Shown: positions 1 through 11,536 of the stretch, piece by piece | Position numbering within the stretch: position 1 is the stretch's first letter | Layout: the number at the start of each line of letters is the position of its first letter | Assembly (NCBI RefSeq): GCF_001194135.2 | Contig: NC_068986.1 | Coordinates: 78,082,007-78,145,472, forward strand | Length of the DNA stretch: 63,466 nucleotides | Reading direction: 5' to 3' | Origin: Octopus bimaculoides | Lineage: Eukaryota | Notes under the pieces: model-generated | Told to the model about the DNA's origin: nothing | Databases searched by the model: none | Seen by the model: the letters and a program-made list of their open reading frames with translations, nothing else | Made by a program: the position numbers and the translations under genes

Positions 1-347
1 TGTGTGTAAAATATATATAAAAAATGGAAGAGAAATGCCTTCGTTTCACATAGTTTAATATCTTTTTATGAAGAAATTTTTATATATATATACATATTTT
101 ATGGATGTCATGATATCCAACTGTTTTTCGATATTTAAATCAGCTTTTCAAGGGACATTGTGAAGTAATCAATTCTTGTGATAAAGGGGGTCTCACCATT
201 TTAGATGCTTGAAAAGTATGAATGAGTCTAGAGAGTGGACAAAGGGATGCAACAGGTGGCATCTTCAGTATAATTGTTGAAATAGGAATGAGTAAGGATC
301 CCAGTATTTTTGCTCCTTTTATATTTATATATATATATATATATATA

Positions 348-540
348 CGTTTCTTTATTGTCCACAGGGGGCTAAACACAGAGGGGATGAACAAGGACAG
401 ACAAAGGGATTAAGTTGATTACATTGACCCAGTGCATAACTAGTACTTATTTAATCAACCCCGAAAAGATGAAAGGCAAAGTTGACCTTGGCAGAATTTT
501 AACTCAGAGCATGATGGCAGACGAAATACTGCTAAGCATG
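348..540 (-). mobile_element. SINE family B (Meta-domain-like)
   Basis: Minus strand carries GCCTTTCATCTTTTCGGGGTTGATTAAATAAGTACTAG, matching the family core GCCTTTCATCCTTTCGGGGTCGATAAAATAAGTACCAG. Other copies at about 7243-7470(-), 21170-21310(-), 27405-27530(+), 28660-28850(-), 34530-34710(-), 38610-38990(+, two) and 55030-55240(-). Confidence 0.8.
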
Positions 541-719
541 GCTGTGTGGTAAGAAGCTTGCTTCTCAACCACAGTCCCACTGAGTTCAGTCCCACTGAGT
601 TCAGTCCCACAGAGTTTAGTCCCACAGCATGGCACCTTGGGCAAGTGACTTCTACTATAGCCTCAGACAGACCTAGGCCTTGTCAGTGGATTTAGTAGAT
701 GGAAATTGAGAGAAGTCTG

Positions 720-763
<44 letters not shown>

Positions 764-960
764 ATGTTTGTGTGTCTGTGTTTCTCTCCTCACCATTGCT
801 TGACAACTGATGTTGGTGTGTTTATGTCTCCGTAACTCAGCAGTTCGGCCAAAGTACTAGGCTTACAAAGAATAAGTCCTGGGGTCGATTTGTTCAACTA
901 AAGGTGATGCTTCAGCATGGCTGCAGTTAAATGACTAAAACAAGTAAAAGAATAAATGAA
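538..960 (+). mobile_element. SINE family A: tRNA-like head, CORE-like GGCACCTTGGGCAAGTG, internal (TA)n/(TG)n and 3' module
   Basis: TGGCTGTGTGG A-box-like and GTTCAGTCCC B-box-like motifs; ends ...GACTAAAACAAGTAAAAGAAT. Partial copies at about 1486-1640, 4582-4680, 6055-6275, 13085-13250(-), 43175-43330(-), 47365-47540, 51095-51215, 52420-52580(-), 52640-52790(-) and 58985-59160. Confidence 0.85.
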
Positions 961-974
961 TAAAAGAATTCATA

Positions 975-1450
975 CATAACGACGACGACAGTAAATCCCA
1001 AAACAGAAGAACAAACACAAAAAAACGACAATGCGAGGACGTGGTACATGTAAAGTATTAGTAGACGCTCGGGGAAAGAAAGAAAGATGGTTTAATGCTT
1101 CTAGCAATGCTCTTCTTCAGAAACAGGAAAATCCAATAGAAAGGAAGACAGAGGAAGAAAATCACCAACGATTGACATGTGGTTACATTTTGAAATGTAT
1201 ATATAACTGGAAATAATTGGTACAACTACTACAGAAATAACAACTTTCTCTATCATACATCACCTCAAGAGTATGTGCGTTTGAAAAGATTAATCAAAAG
1301 CGTTCACACACACCAAGGCCAAAAACTTCTTCCAAAAAGGTTAGTGACATTCTGGTAAAAGATTTCAGAACATTTAAAAAAAAAATAATTAAAAATAAAT
1401 CCCCTTGATACCTAATAACTGTATCGAGTAATTTTCACAAAGACTTTCAA
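975..1450 (-). mobile_element. Older hammerhead-bearing repeat related to 11093-11210
   Basis: Shared motifs with 11093-11210 plus the degenerate hammerhead; ends at (TA)n near 1451. Boundaries approximate. Confidence 0.4.
1090..1124 (-). ncRNA. Degenerate minimal hammerhead motif
   Basis: Minus strand: GUUU-CUGAAGA-A-GAGC(AUU)GCUA-GAA-GCAU-U-AAAC. The CUGANGA box and stem I are intact; three substitutions affect stem II closure and helix III. Confidence 0.5.
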
Positions 1451-1950
1451 ATATATATATATATATATATACACATACAAGGCACAAGAGTGGCTGTGTA
1501 GTAAGTAGCTTGCTTACCAACTACATGGTCCTTGATTCAGTCCTACTGTGTGGCACATTCGGCAAGTGTCTTTTACTATAGCCTCGGGCTGACCAAAGCC
1601 TCGTGAGTGGATTTGGTAGATGGAAACTGAATGTGTGGGTGGGCATGTGTGTGTATCAAGCGAGGGTGGTTGAGTATATACATATAGGTGCATGTACAGA
1701 TTGGTGCACTTACGCAAATACTATGGACTTTTTACTCCCTTACCTCTACCCCCTTCCCTTATTTAGCGGTCTGTAGCGCTTTTGTCTTAATGATGGTCAA
1801 CCACACAGTAATTTCCCTTTGTTTAACAGTCATTTTCATAGGAATTTTCAATGGCCAGATAACTGAAGAGATGCCGGTGTGGGTTTCCACCCTGGCATGT
1901 GAAACTCAGAGTTTTATCATGGCTACCGAATAAGTGTTACATATTTTTAC

Positions 1951-2014
<64 letters not shown>

Positions 2015-4118
2015 GAAGATGATGATGATGATATATATATATATTAGTGTATAATGGATAGATGAAATTCATGTTGCATATGTATAATTAATATGTTTCA
2101 GTATATACAATGAGTAGATTAAATTAACATTTTACATATATAAATATATTTCTTTATATATAATGAATTGACAAAACTAATGTTGCATATATTTAAATAC
2201 ACATATTTTAGCACAAGTGTGATTTTTTTGTTGTTGTTACTGTCACTTTGTTGTTGTTACTGTTGTTGTTACTTGTCCTGATCAACCCTGATAATATAGA
2301 CTTTTGATCTACCCCAACTATGAGGCACAATAATCAGTTTTCAAACTATGATTTCTGTTCTTCCTTTTTTTCCCAGATATGGCATGATTTGAGGGATATT
2401 TGACTGTTATTTCTAGAAGGTTGATTGACAACGTAGAGACCCAGTCTCTGATTTGCTTGTTAGCGTTCACTTGGCTCTGCTTTTTATTGAAGGAACTTGT
2501 GATTAATCAAAGATTTACCATTATATGGTAATGCCAACTATTGTTATTGGTTTAAAGATTCTGATGCTGATGATAATGTAGAGGAGGAGAATGTCGGTGA
2601 TGATGACAACATCGACAACAAAGGTCATGATGAGGATGATGATGATAATGATGATGATATGGAGTATGATGGTGATGATGCTGTAGTAGTTATAGTAATG
2701 ATGCTGACAGTATTGTTGATAATACTGACATAGAGGTTGTGGGAAGTTGGAAATTCAATTTTTAATTGAATATTTACAACCTAATAGAATTATGCTTGCA
2801 GCATATCTTGGAATCTTACAAACAGTAGTCTTCAAGCTGGTAAACATATAAAAGCATAAAAAAAACAAAAAACCAAAAAGAAAAGATTTCCATCGTGATG
2901 CAAAATTATTCTATGCCACTGATGACTGAAAGCCTGATATTAATGTTTTGGGCAATGGAATGCATCTTATTCTCCTCGGGTTAAATAAGAATTTTGTATC
3001 TTACCATTCTCTTTTATCAAAATAAAAAAAAACAAACAAAGAAACTTAAACACAAAACGTTTTTTGCTTTTTTGGTGACAATGTTAAATGTCAAGTAATT
3101 ATACCTGCTTCAGTTATACAAGAAGTGAATAAATATTAATTAAAATAAGTTCATATTTTGCCAATAGACAACTAAGATATTCAATTCTTCTATCACACTC
3201 AATTTATAATACATTTTTACCTCTACCTACCAGATTTCAGAATAACTCCTCAACATTACTTTCATTTAAGTTTGCATTAATTCAAATTTTGAAGTTCTCT
3301 CCCTTTATTTTTATTGACAGTTTTGTCATTAATGCTTATGATATTATCTTTTCATTATGGTTGTTATATCAGTTGGTTTAAAATTGTTTTTGGTTCACTA
3401 CTTTAAGTATGCTAGCCTACACTTAACTATATGTTCTTCATACTGATGGCATTCCTGGGAAATTTCCCAATGTCAGTATTTGCATTAGTCAACTAAACTA
3501 GAAAATTGTTAGCTATAGGATTCAAATGATTAAGGTTTTGCATTGGGAATTACTGCTAACCATAAACCGTCTACTAAAATCACCAATAAACTTTCTGTTT
3601 TACTTTTTAATTATTTTCTTTTTATTTCATTTGATTTTAATCTTTTTATTATCTGAAGGATAGTAATGTAAATCAGGTGACACCATATTGATTTTTGGAG
3701 TCGATGTTTGAGTCCATTCTCTCTCACTCTTTTACTGATTCCATCATTCAGGATGTAGCCATGCTGTGAAAACAGTTGTTAATAAATAAATCCTGTTCAC
3801 TAGGATAATCCTGGCTCCAACTGTGCTGCAGTTTGATTTTCCATGAGAGTAACGAAAGGATGATTGCACAAATTTGCATATTTACAGGATTTGTTTGAGC
3901 AGGCATTTTATTGTTAGATGCTTTGCAAAATGTTAACTCTTCAACTAACCATGTTCATAAAAAATTTTTGAATTCCAAACCTAATGCATTTTTTTTTTTT
4001 GCACCTAAAATTCTTAGGTAACATGCAGTTATACTATGTAAGGCTTAATATTGAATTGAATTGAATTGGAAAGCAAAAGACATAACAGTAGAATTACAGA
4101 GGGAGGTGCTTTTGTTCC

Positions 4119-4124
4119 ACTTAC
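4119..4124 (-). promoter_or_regulatory. 5' splice donor GTAAGT
   Basis: Perfect consensus donor immediately after ...CCAA on the minus strand. Confidence 0.9.
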
Positions 4125-4222
4125 TTGGAATACGGTTGATTGCTCGAAGCGGCCGCAATACTCGTATGGTTCTGATTGCAGATATACTGAGGTTTTCTGT
4201 GTCTACTGCATATTCCACTGAA
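4125..4222 (-). CDS. Cav3 (CACNA1G/H/I-like): Internal coding exon of a T-type voltage-gated calcium channel alpha-1 subunit (domain I S3-S4 linker and S4)
   Basis: Minus strand reads tttcag|T TCA GTG GAA TAT ... ATT CCA A|gtaagt = (x)[32 protein letters not shown](S). It has the S4 R-x-x-R repeat and the Cav3-type [11 protein letters not shown]. Length 98 nt with phase 2 start and phase 1 end matches the equivalent human CACNA1G exon 4 as recalled ([32 protein letters not shown]). Confidence 0.95.
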
Positions 4223-4255
4223 CTGAAATTAAGCAAAAATAAATATTTGTCAGTA
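4223..4255 (-). promoter_or_regulatory. 3' splice site of the Cav3 exon: branch point, pyrimidine tract and AG
   Basis: Minus strand TACTGAC (4255-4249; one mismatch to TACTAAC, branch A at about 4250), then tatttatttttgcttaatttcAG ending at 4223. Confidence 0.75.
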
Positions 4256-4701
4256 AAGCTCATGAAATGGTTTGAATTTTCAAAATTGTACATGACAACA
4301 AAATAAAAAAAAGTGTGCACTGCAAAAATAAAAAAAATAAAAAATATTGTTTTGATGAAAATCTAAAACAAAAAAATATTTCTGAACTGTGAAGTTCACT
4401 TCTGAACCCTGGATGAATGTTGTTGCTTAGCATTCTATACTATAGTTGCTGGTTGACCAATACTTTGAGATGGAATCTGGTACCAGATACTGAAAAAGCC
4501 TGTAGTGCATGTGCTTGTTGTGTTGTGTGTGAGTTTGTGTGTACATAGATATACGTACATATGTATATACATATACATGCAGGTGGCATCTTGGGCAAGT
4601 GTCTTCTATTATAGTCTCAAGCCGACCAAAGCCTTGTGAGTGGATTTGGTAGACAGAAACTGGAAGAAGCCCATCACATGTGTATATACATATACATATA
4701 T

Positions 4702-4740
<39 letters not shown>

Positions 4741-5057
4741 NNNNNNNNNNNNNNNNNNNNNNNNNNNNNNNNNNNNNNNNNNNNNNNNNNNNNNNNNNNN
4801 NNNNNNNNNNNNNNNNNNNNNNNNNNNNNNNNNNNNNNNNNNNNNNNNNNNNNNNNNNNNNNNNNNNNNNNNNNNNNNNNNNNNNNNNNNNNNNNNNNNN
4901 NNNNNNNNNNNNNNNNNNNNNNNNNNNNNNNNNNNNNNNNNNNNNNNNNNNNNNNNNNNNNNNNNNNNNNNNNNNNNNNNNNNNNNNNNNNNNNNNNNNN
5001 NNNNNNNNNNNNNNNNNNNNNNNNNNNNNNNNNNNNNNNNNNNNNNNNNNNNNNNNN

Positions 5058-5092
<35 letters not shown>

Positions 5093-5643
5093 CTATTGTT
5101 TTATTCCTTTATTCTTTTACTTGTTTCACTCATTTGACCACATATATATGTGTGTATATGTATGTGCCTAAGTATATATATGTACGTGTCTATGTATATA
5201 TATGCTGTGGCCATATATATATGTGTGTGTATGCGTGTATGTATGTATATGTCTATATATGTATATGAATATATGCATCTGTGTGCAAGTGCACAAGTTA
5301 GTGTGAGGGAGTTTCACCTTGTCTTCATGTTTTTTAGTGGGACTATAAAAAAAACCAACAGCCTATTGGTGAGAAGAAGGGTGTCCATCCATAGAAGATT
5401 TGCCTCATTGAATTCTAACTGACTCATGCCAATATGGAAAAGTAGACATTAAAACAATGATGATGATGGTGATGATTAACCAAATCCTACAGAATAAATG
5501 CTGATTTCAGACTGAAGAACTTCAGCAAATAGACATGGTTTAATGACATTGTAGAAAAAGATTCATCCAACCCATGCCAGCATGTAAAAGCAAATATATG
5601 TAAAATAACAACGATAGTGATGATAATGATGATGAAAATGAAA

Positions 5644-5679
<36 letters not shown>

Positions 5680-5740
5680 CTGAGCATTATGATAATATTG
5701 ATGATGTGGAGGAAGGAGAGGCACAGAATAAAGATTATAT

Positions 5741-5796
<56 letters not shown>

Positions 5797-6284
5797 GTGA
5801 TGATAATTCTTTTTTGGAACAATGGATCTCAAGGCACATGAAACTATAAATAATAACATGTAACAATACTGGGTTGAGAGAACTTTTTTGGAGTGGAAAA
5901 ATTCATGAGCTGCCTGTAGGACATGAAACCACATCTTCTGTAGCGTTTGACTTTTCTTTCCAAAAGTAATTTTTAGACCAATATTTACATACTATTCTTT
6001 ATAGCTTTATGTGATTGGAAATTCTGTTCTAAACAAGAATTATATATACAGGTGCAGGAGTGGCCCTTCTTATATATATATGTGTGTATGTATGTATTTG
6101 TGTGTCTGTGTTTGTCCCCCCATCATTGCTTGACAACCGATGTTGGTGTGTTTACGTCCCTGTAACTTAACAGTTTGGCAAAAGAAACTGATAGAATAAA
6201 TACTAGGCTTACAAAGAATAAATCCTGGGGTTGATTTGTTTGACTAAAGGGAGTGCTTCAGCATGGCTGCAGTCAAATGACTCA

Positions 6285-6475
6285 GTGGCACGTAAAAAGC
6301 ACCCACTACACTCTCAGAGTGGTTGGCATTAGGAAGGGCATCCAGCTGTAGAAACTCCGCCAGATCAGATTGGAGCCTGGTGTAGCCATCTGGTTCACCA
6401 GTCCTCAGTCAAATCGTACAACCCATGCTAGCATGGAAAGCAGACGTTAAACGATGATGATGATGAAGATGATGA
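6285..6475 (+). mobile_element. SINE/non-autonomous family C with RTE-like 5' motif and (GAT)n tail
   Basis: GGAGTGGTTGGCATTAGGAAGGGCATCCAGCTGTAGAAA...AGCATGGAAAGCAGACGTTAAACGATGATGATG. Other copies at about 29515-29720(-), 29825-29878(-), 40530-40710(+), 42540-42720(-), 47750-47915(-), 48570-48855(+) and 51310-51440(+). Confidence 0.75.
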
Positions 6476-6845
6476 TATAAATATATATATATATGCTTAT
6501 ATATATATNNNNNNNNNNNNNNNNNNNNNNNNNNNNNNNNNNNNNNNNNNNNNNNNNNNNNNNNNNNNNNNNNNNNNNNNNNNNNNNNNNNNNNNNNNNN
6601 NNNNNNNNNNNNNNNNNNNNNNNNNNNNNNNNNNNNNNNNNNNNNNNNNNNNNNNNNNNNNNNNNNNNNNNNNNNNNNNNNNNNNNNNNNNNNNNNNNNN
6701 NNNNNNNNNNNNNNNNNNNNNNNNNNNNNNNNNNNNNNNNNNATATATATATATATATATATATATAAATATATATGTATATGCATATGTAAATGTTTAG
6801 CTTTCTCTAGTCATCATGTGATGGTTGTACATGACCATCATCATT

Positions 6846-7177
6846 TGTTATGACATAAGTATACACGTCTGGTGTAAAATGGTATGATACAAATAAATAG
6901 TTGGTTGTGGTTATCTAAAAAATAACCTCTTGCAGAAATATATGTTAACAGCAAATGCACTCTGTACCACTTGAACGTAGGTATAATACTCAGTTTTCAC
7001 TGTTCAACCACCGACTGTTAAACCGACACACATCAAACTAACACAGTAAACCAACAAGGTTGATCTAACACAGTCAACTATCCTTTTGACAGTTTCCTCA
7101 GTTCTTATTTATTGTAATCGGTTAGTCCATCTTCTGTCACGTAGGGGTGTTCAGGATTCTCCCATAACATTATCATA
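6846..7177. repeat. Unclassified interspersed repeat of about 320 bp, possibly a solo LTR; second copy at 40048-40367
   Basis: The two copies align throughout, e.g. AAATAGTTGGTTGTGGTTATCTAAAAATAACC and ATTTATTG..AT.GGTTAGTCCAT; copy 1 is bounded by TGTTATG...CATAACA. Confidence 0.6.
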
Positions 7178-7964
7178 CAAACGAGGTTGTTCATTTCTGG
7201 GCCTCAGTGAAGAACGTGTCAGGTCATGGGGAAATATTTATTACTTTATTGCCCACTGGGGGCTAAACATAGGAGGAACAAACAAAGGCAGACAAAGGGA
7301 TTAAGTTGATTACATTGACTCCAGTACGTAACTGGTACTTATTTAATCGACCCTGAAAGGATGAAAGGCAAAGTCAACCTTTGCAGGATTTGGACTCAGA
7401 ACATAGCGATGGGCAAATTACTGCTAAGCATTTTGCCCGGAGTACTAATGATTCTGCCAGCTCACTGCCTTCATGGGGAAATATTACTATGCTTGAAAAC
7501 CGGTGACTGTTAGTGACAAAAAGAGCATCTGGCTGTAGAAAATCTGCCTTAACAAATTCCCTCTGACCCATGCATGAAGGGAAAAGTTGGCATAAAATGA
7601 CAATGACAATAACAACAATGACGAAATGATGATGACAGTGACGGTGACGGCGACGATGATAACAACGATAACGAAAATGATGGTGATGACGATGATGATG
7701 ATATAATGTCTATTTTGGTGCAAGATAAACAGGGATTACATGACAGATGATAGTAGACACGACTGATTTACATTGCTAGAAGTAATTACACCATTAACAG
7801 TCACTTTATATCTTTTGTTTCCAGCCATCTGATGTGTATGGTAGATCTAGGGGCCGATCAAGCAAATTGTGGTTCAGGAATGTAATCATTGCTTACTTTC
7901 CACATAAATAAGCATATATCAGATTCCACAATTCTATATTGACCACTTTTATGTCTTGGTGCAT

Positions 7965-8017
<53 letters not shown>

Positions 8018-8019
8018 AA

Positions 8020-8064
<45 letters not shown>

Positions 8065-8144
8065 TCACACATATATATACNNNNNNNNNNCACACATATA
8101 TATACATACAAACACACACACACACATGTGCATATGTATATATG

Positions 8145-8201
<57 letters not shown>

Positions 8202-9006
8202 ATGCACACATGCACACCGTACATATGTATATATACTGAAAGAATTAGATTGCTGTGATTTTGTTTAAGTAGCATAGAAAATAGTGTTTTGGTTGATAGG
8301 TTAGTTACATAATTCTTTCATGCTGATTTGAGACTTCAAAACACAATTTGGGTTGATATATTTCTTGTGTTAAATATACATCAATTGTTAGGCTTGATTA
8401 AATAAGTAGACTGTTAGCGAAAACTTCCAAACCACAAACACTGAGATGATACACAATTGACATAACATTGTAAAGCACTCAATGCATATACAGAGCAAAC
8501 ACAAATATACTAACACACACACACAGATATTTATACACACACAAACACGTTTATATCTCATGTGATATAACAACTAGAGCTTAATGTAGTGTATATGACA
8601 AAGAAGTATTAAATGTCAGATAAAAGATATACATACAAAGTATGGATTATTGTTATATAACAGGAAGTGACCTTAAGGAACCCTTTCTGTATTGTTTCAA
8701 AGTTTAACACCATCATATTCAATACTGGGTGCCAAGAAAAAAATACAGGCAATAGACTCAAAACTTCTAGATGTTTTCTGTCTTTATATGTGTGTGTGTG
8801 TCCATGCACATGCACATGTGAGTGTGCATATTTGAGTATGTGTGCATGTGTTGTCAGTTTTCTTTCTTCTCTCTCTCTCACGTTCTGCTTGCACACACAC
8901 ACACATACATGCATACACATAACATACAAAGTGTTTTACATACAATTTTCCATATCAGCAAATTTAGAAATTTTCCTTACAGCTGAAGCAATTACTTTTG
9001 TTAGTT

Positions 9007-9330
9007 TTACTACATGTACCTACTTTTGGCAGCTAAACCAGCTTACTACTTCTACCTACTTTTGGCAGTTAAATGATTTGCTACATGTACCTACATATTC
9101 TAGCTAGATATTCTTGCTTCCACCTTCTACATTTGGTTGCAAGCTGTTATGATTTTTAAAAAAATTCTCTTTATTTCTAGCAGTTAGGTATTCTTACCAT
9201 GCATCTACCTTCTTAAGTGAGATGTATATACTTGCTACAACTCCCTACCTCTCTATAGCTGTTAGAATCTCTTACTGTCACTAACTGCTTTGACAATTAG
9301 CTACTTTATACTGCCACAACCTGCTTAACA
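9007..9330. repeat. Degenerate tandem array with period about 36 bp
   Basis: TACCTACTTTTGGCAG ends at 9032 and 9068; TACATGTACCTAC starts at 9011 and 9082; further diverged units follow. Confidence 0.55.
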
Positions 9331-9882
9331 GAGAAACAGGGATAGAGTATATTATCAGAAAGGCTTAGGCAGTTTCAGTTACATGGACGTAGTGGTATTA
9401 AAACATAGATACACACAGCCATCAACATACTCATATATATGTAGGCAGAGAAGCCAAGCAAAACATAGATCATTGTGCAAGTTAATGAAGGATATACATG
9501 ATCACAAGACAAGCTAGAAGCAGTAACTAAATCTCCCACAAATTATATTCCACTTTTTTAGTAAAGAAAACCTTGGTTGTGTTCAAGGTTCACTATACAT
9601 TGGAAAATGATGCAATGATCATGGCTGGAATGTATTTAAGCAAAGGTCTTTTGGATTAAGGCTGAAATGGGTCTGCTCTAAAACAACAAGAAAAGCGATA
9701 GGATTTTGATACAATGTACTATAGAATTTAATGGAATCATCCCAAATATTTAAATACTTTGTCATTGTATGTCATTTCATCTTGCTAAAGAAAGTGTTGG
9801 TTTGCTCAAACAGATATTTCTGTATTTAATATTCATATCTTTTAAGGTGACGAGCCGGCAGAAACGTTAGCATGCTGGACAA

Positions 9883-10630
9883 TCTGAATTGAACATGCAG
9901 TGAGTCTCTGCCAAGTTTGTCTCCTGCCTACTGACTACTGAACAGAAAGAACGTCGTGTTGAAGTCTGATGTCAAGGATCATCACCAATGTTGGCTCAAT
10001 GAATATGACTCTGAGACGAAGAAGCAGTCATCATAATGGAAGAGGCCTTCATCTCCATGTCTGAAAAAGGCACGACAGAGCTGCAGCTCAATTAAGAGCA
10101 TGCTCATCGCATTTTTCAATATCCAAGGTATTGTGCATTGAGAATTCATCCCCCAGGGCAAAACTGCCAACCAAGACTTCTACTGTGACGTTTTGAGGGA
10201 CGACCTTTAGTGAATGTGACTGGACTGTGGAGCATGAAGAATTGGATTCTTCACGATGACAATGCTGTGCTCTGTCACTGAGCACTGCTCACTCTTGAGT
10301 TTTTACCCCAAACAACAAAATATCACTTCCGTACCTGCCCTATTTGCCAAATTTAGCACCTGCGAACTTTCATCTTTTCCTCAAGATGAAAAGGCAGCTC
10401 AAAGGTCACTGCTTTAACACTTTTGTTGAGATCCAGACCAAATCACAGAAGGTACTCAACTCGCTTACAGAAAACAACTTCCAGGCCGGATTTCAAATGT
10501 GACAGGAACACTGAGACCGGTGTATTGTTGTACGAGATGACTGTTTTGAAGGAGATAGGGTTAAAACGTAGGTAAATAAGTTATATTTTATTAAATATAA
10601 CTAGTCTGGAAACATTTTTATACCACCTTG
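9883..10630 (+). mobile_element. 5'-truncated mariner (DD34D-type) transposon fossil
   Basis: Broken frames give AKFV..LLT.EQKERRV, YDSETKKQSS*WK, SMLIAFFNIQGIVH*EFIPQG and WILHDDNA, plus a decayed YSPDLAP-like region and LF.KMKRQLKG. Ends ...TTTTATACCACCTTG|TA. Confidence 0.85.
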
Positions 10631-10841
10631 TATATATATAAAGGGGTTTCTTCAGAGTTAAGTAGTTCCAAGTTTAGCTCCATGTGCAGTACCTTAGGTA
10701 TGTAACTTTTATAACTCAAGGTTGACCAAAGTCTTGTGAGTGAAGATGGAAACAGAAAGAAGCCCATATATATGTGTGTGTGTATATATATGTGTGTATA
10801 TATATGTATATATATATTGATGATGATGATATATATATACG

Positions 10842-10903
<62 letters not shown>

Positions 10904-11092
10904 GATTCAAGGTTGAATATGGTACTTATGCGTAGGCACCCGAATATCTGAAGATTGCTCTTCATATTTCATTTAATGTAATGCTCGCATTACTTAAATA
11001 AATTGGAGTAGCATGAAACGTGCGTACTGCAATCACCTTTGAAATCCGTGTTGCTTATTTTTTGATATATATATATATATATGGGAGAATAT

Positions 11093-11207
11093 ACAAAAAA
11101 TAACAACAGACGAGGACAGGTGGTGTAAATAACAAAAGTATATATTAGTATGACGCTCGGGAATACGGAAAGTCTTTGACGTTTCGAGCTACGCTCTTCA
11201 ACAGAAA

Positions 11208-11210
<3 letters not shown>
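11093..11210 (-). mobile_element. Short hammerhead-bearing repeat, probably derived from a Penelope-like pseudo-LTR, embedded in (TA)n
   Basis: Shares CGAGGAC and ATTAGTA..ACGCTCGGG motifs with 1020-1125; flanked by (TA)n on both sides; CpG-rich relative to background. Confidence 0.5.
11173..11209 (-). ncRNA. Minimal type I hammerhead ribozyme motif (Penelope-like-element type), A6U core variant
   Basis: Minus strand: UCUUU-CUGUUGA-A-GAGC(GUA)GCUC-GAA-ACGU-C-AAAGA. Stem I (5 bp) and stem II (4 bp) are perfect; helix III is the loopless palindrome ACGU; the cleavage triplet is GUC. Confidence 0.7.
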
Positions 11211-11254
<44 letters not shown>

Positions 11255-11487
11255 CAAATATATATATTAATGTGTGAGTGTATACATACAAACACACATA
11301 CATATATATGCATACATACACACATATATATATATATGTATGTTGCAGTGGAATATATGTGTATTACTATAATGTTGCCATGACATCATGCAATGGTGAA
11401 AATCTGTTTCAATGAATTCCGTCTGACCCACTTAAGCATATAATAGTGGACGTTAAAATGATGATGATAGTGATGAAAAGATTACAA

Positions 11488-11536
<49 letters not shown>

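Noticed and set aside
4218-4224. Second AG 5 nt downstream of the acceptor (tttcAG ttcAG)
   Set aside because: Its use would shift the frame; the proximal AG gives the conserved 98-nt exon.
4045-4320. The 91-aa ORF as a complete gene
   Set aside because: Only 4125-4222 is bounded by splice sites and is Cav3-like; the flanks are intron read-through.
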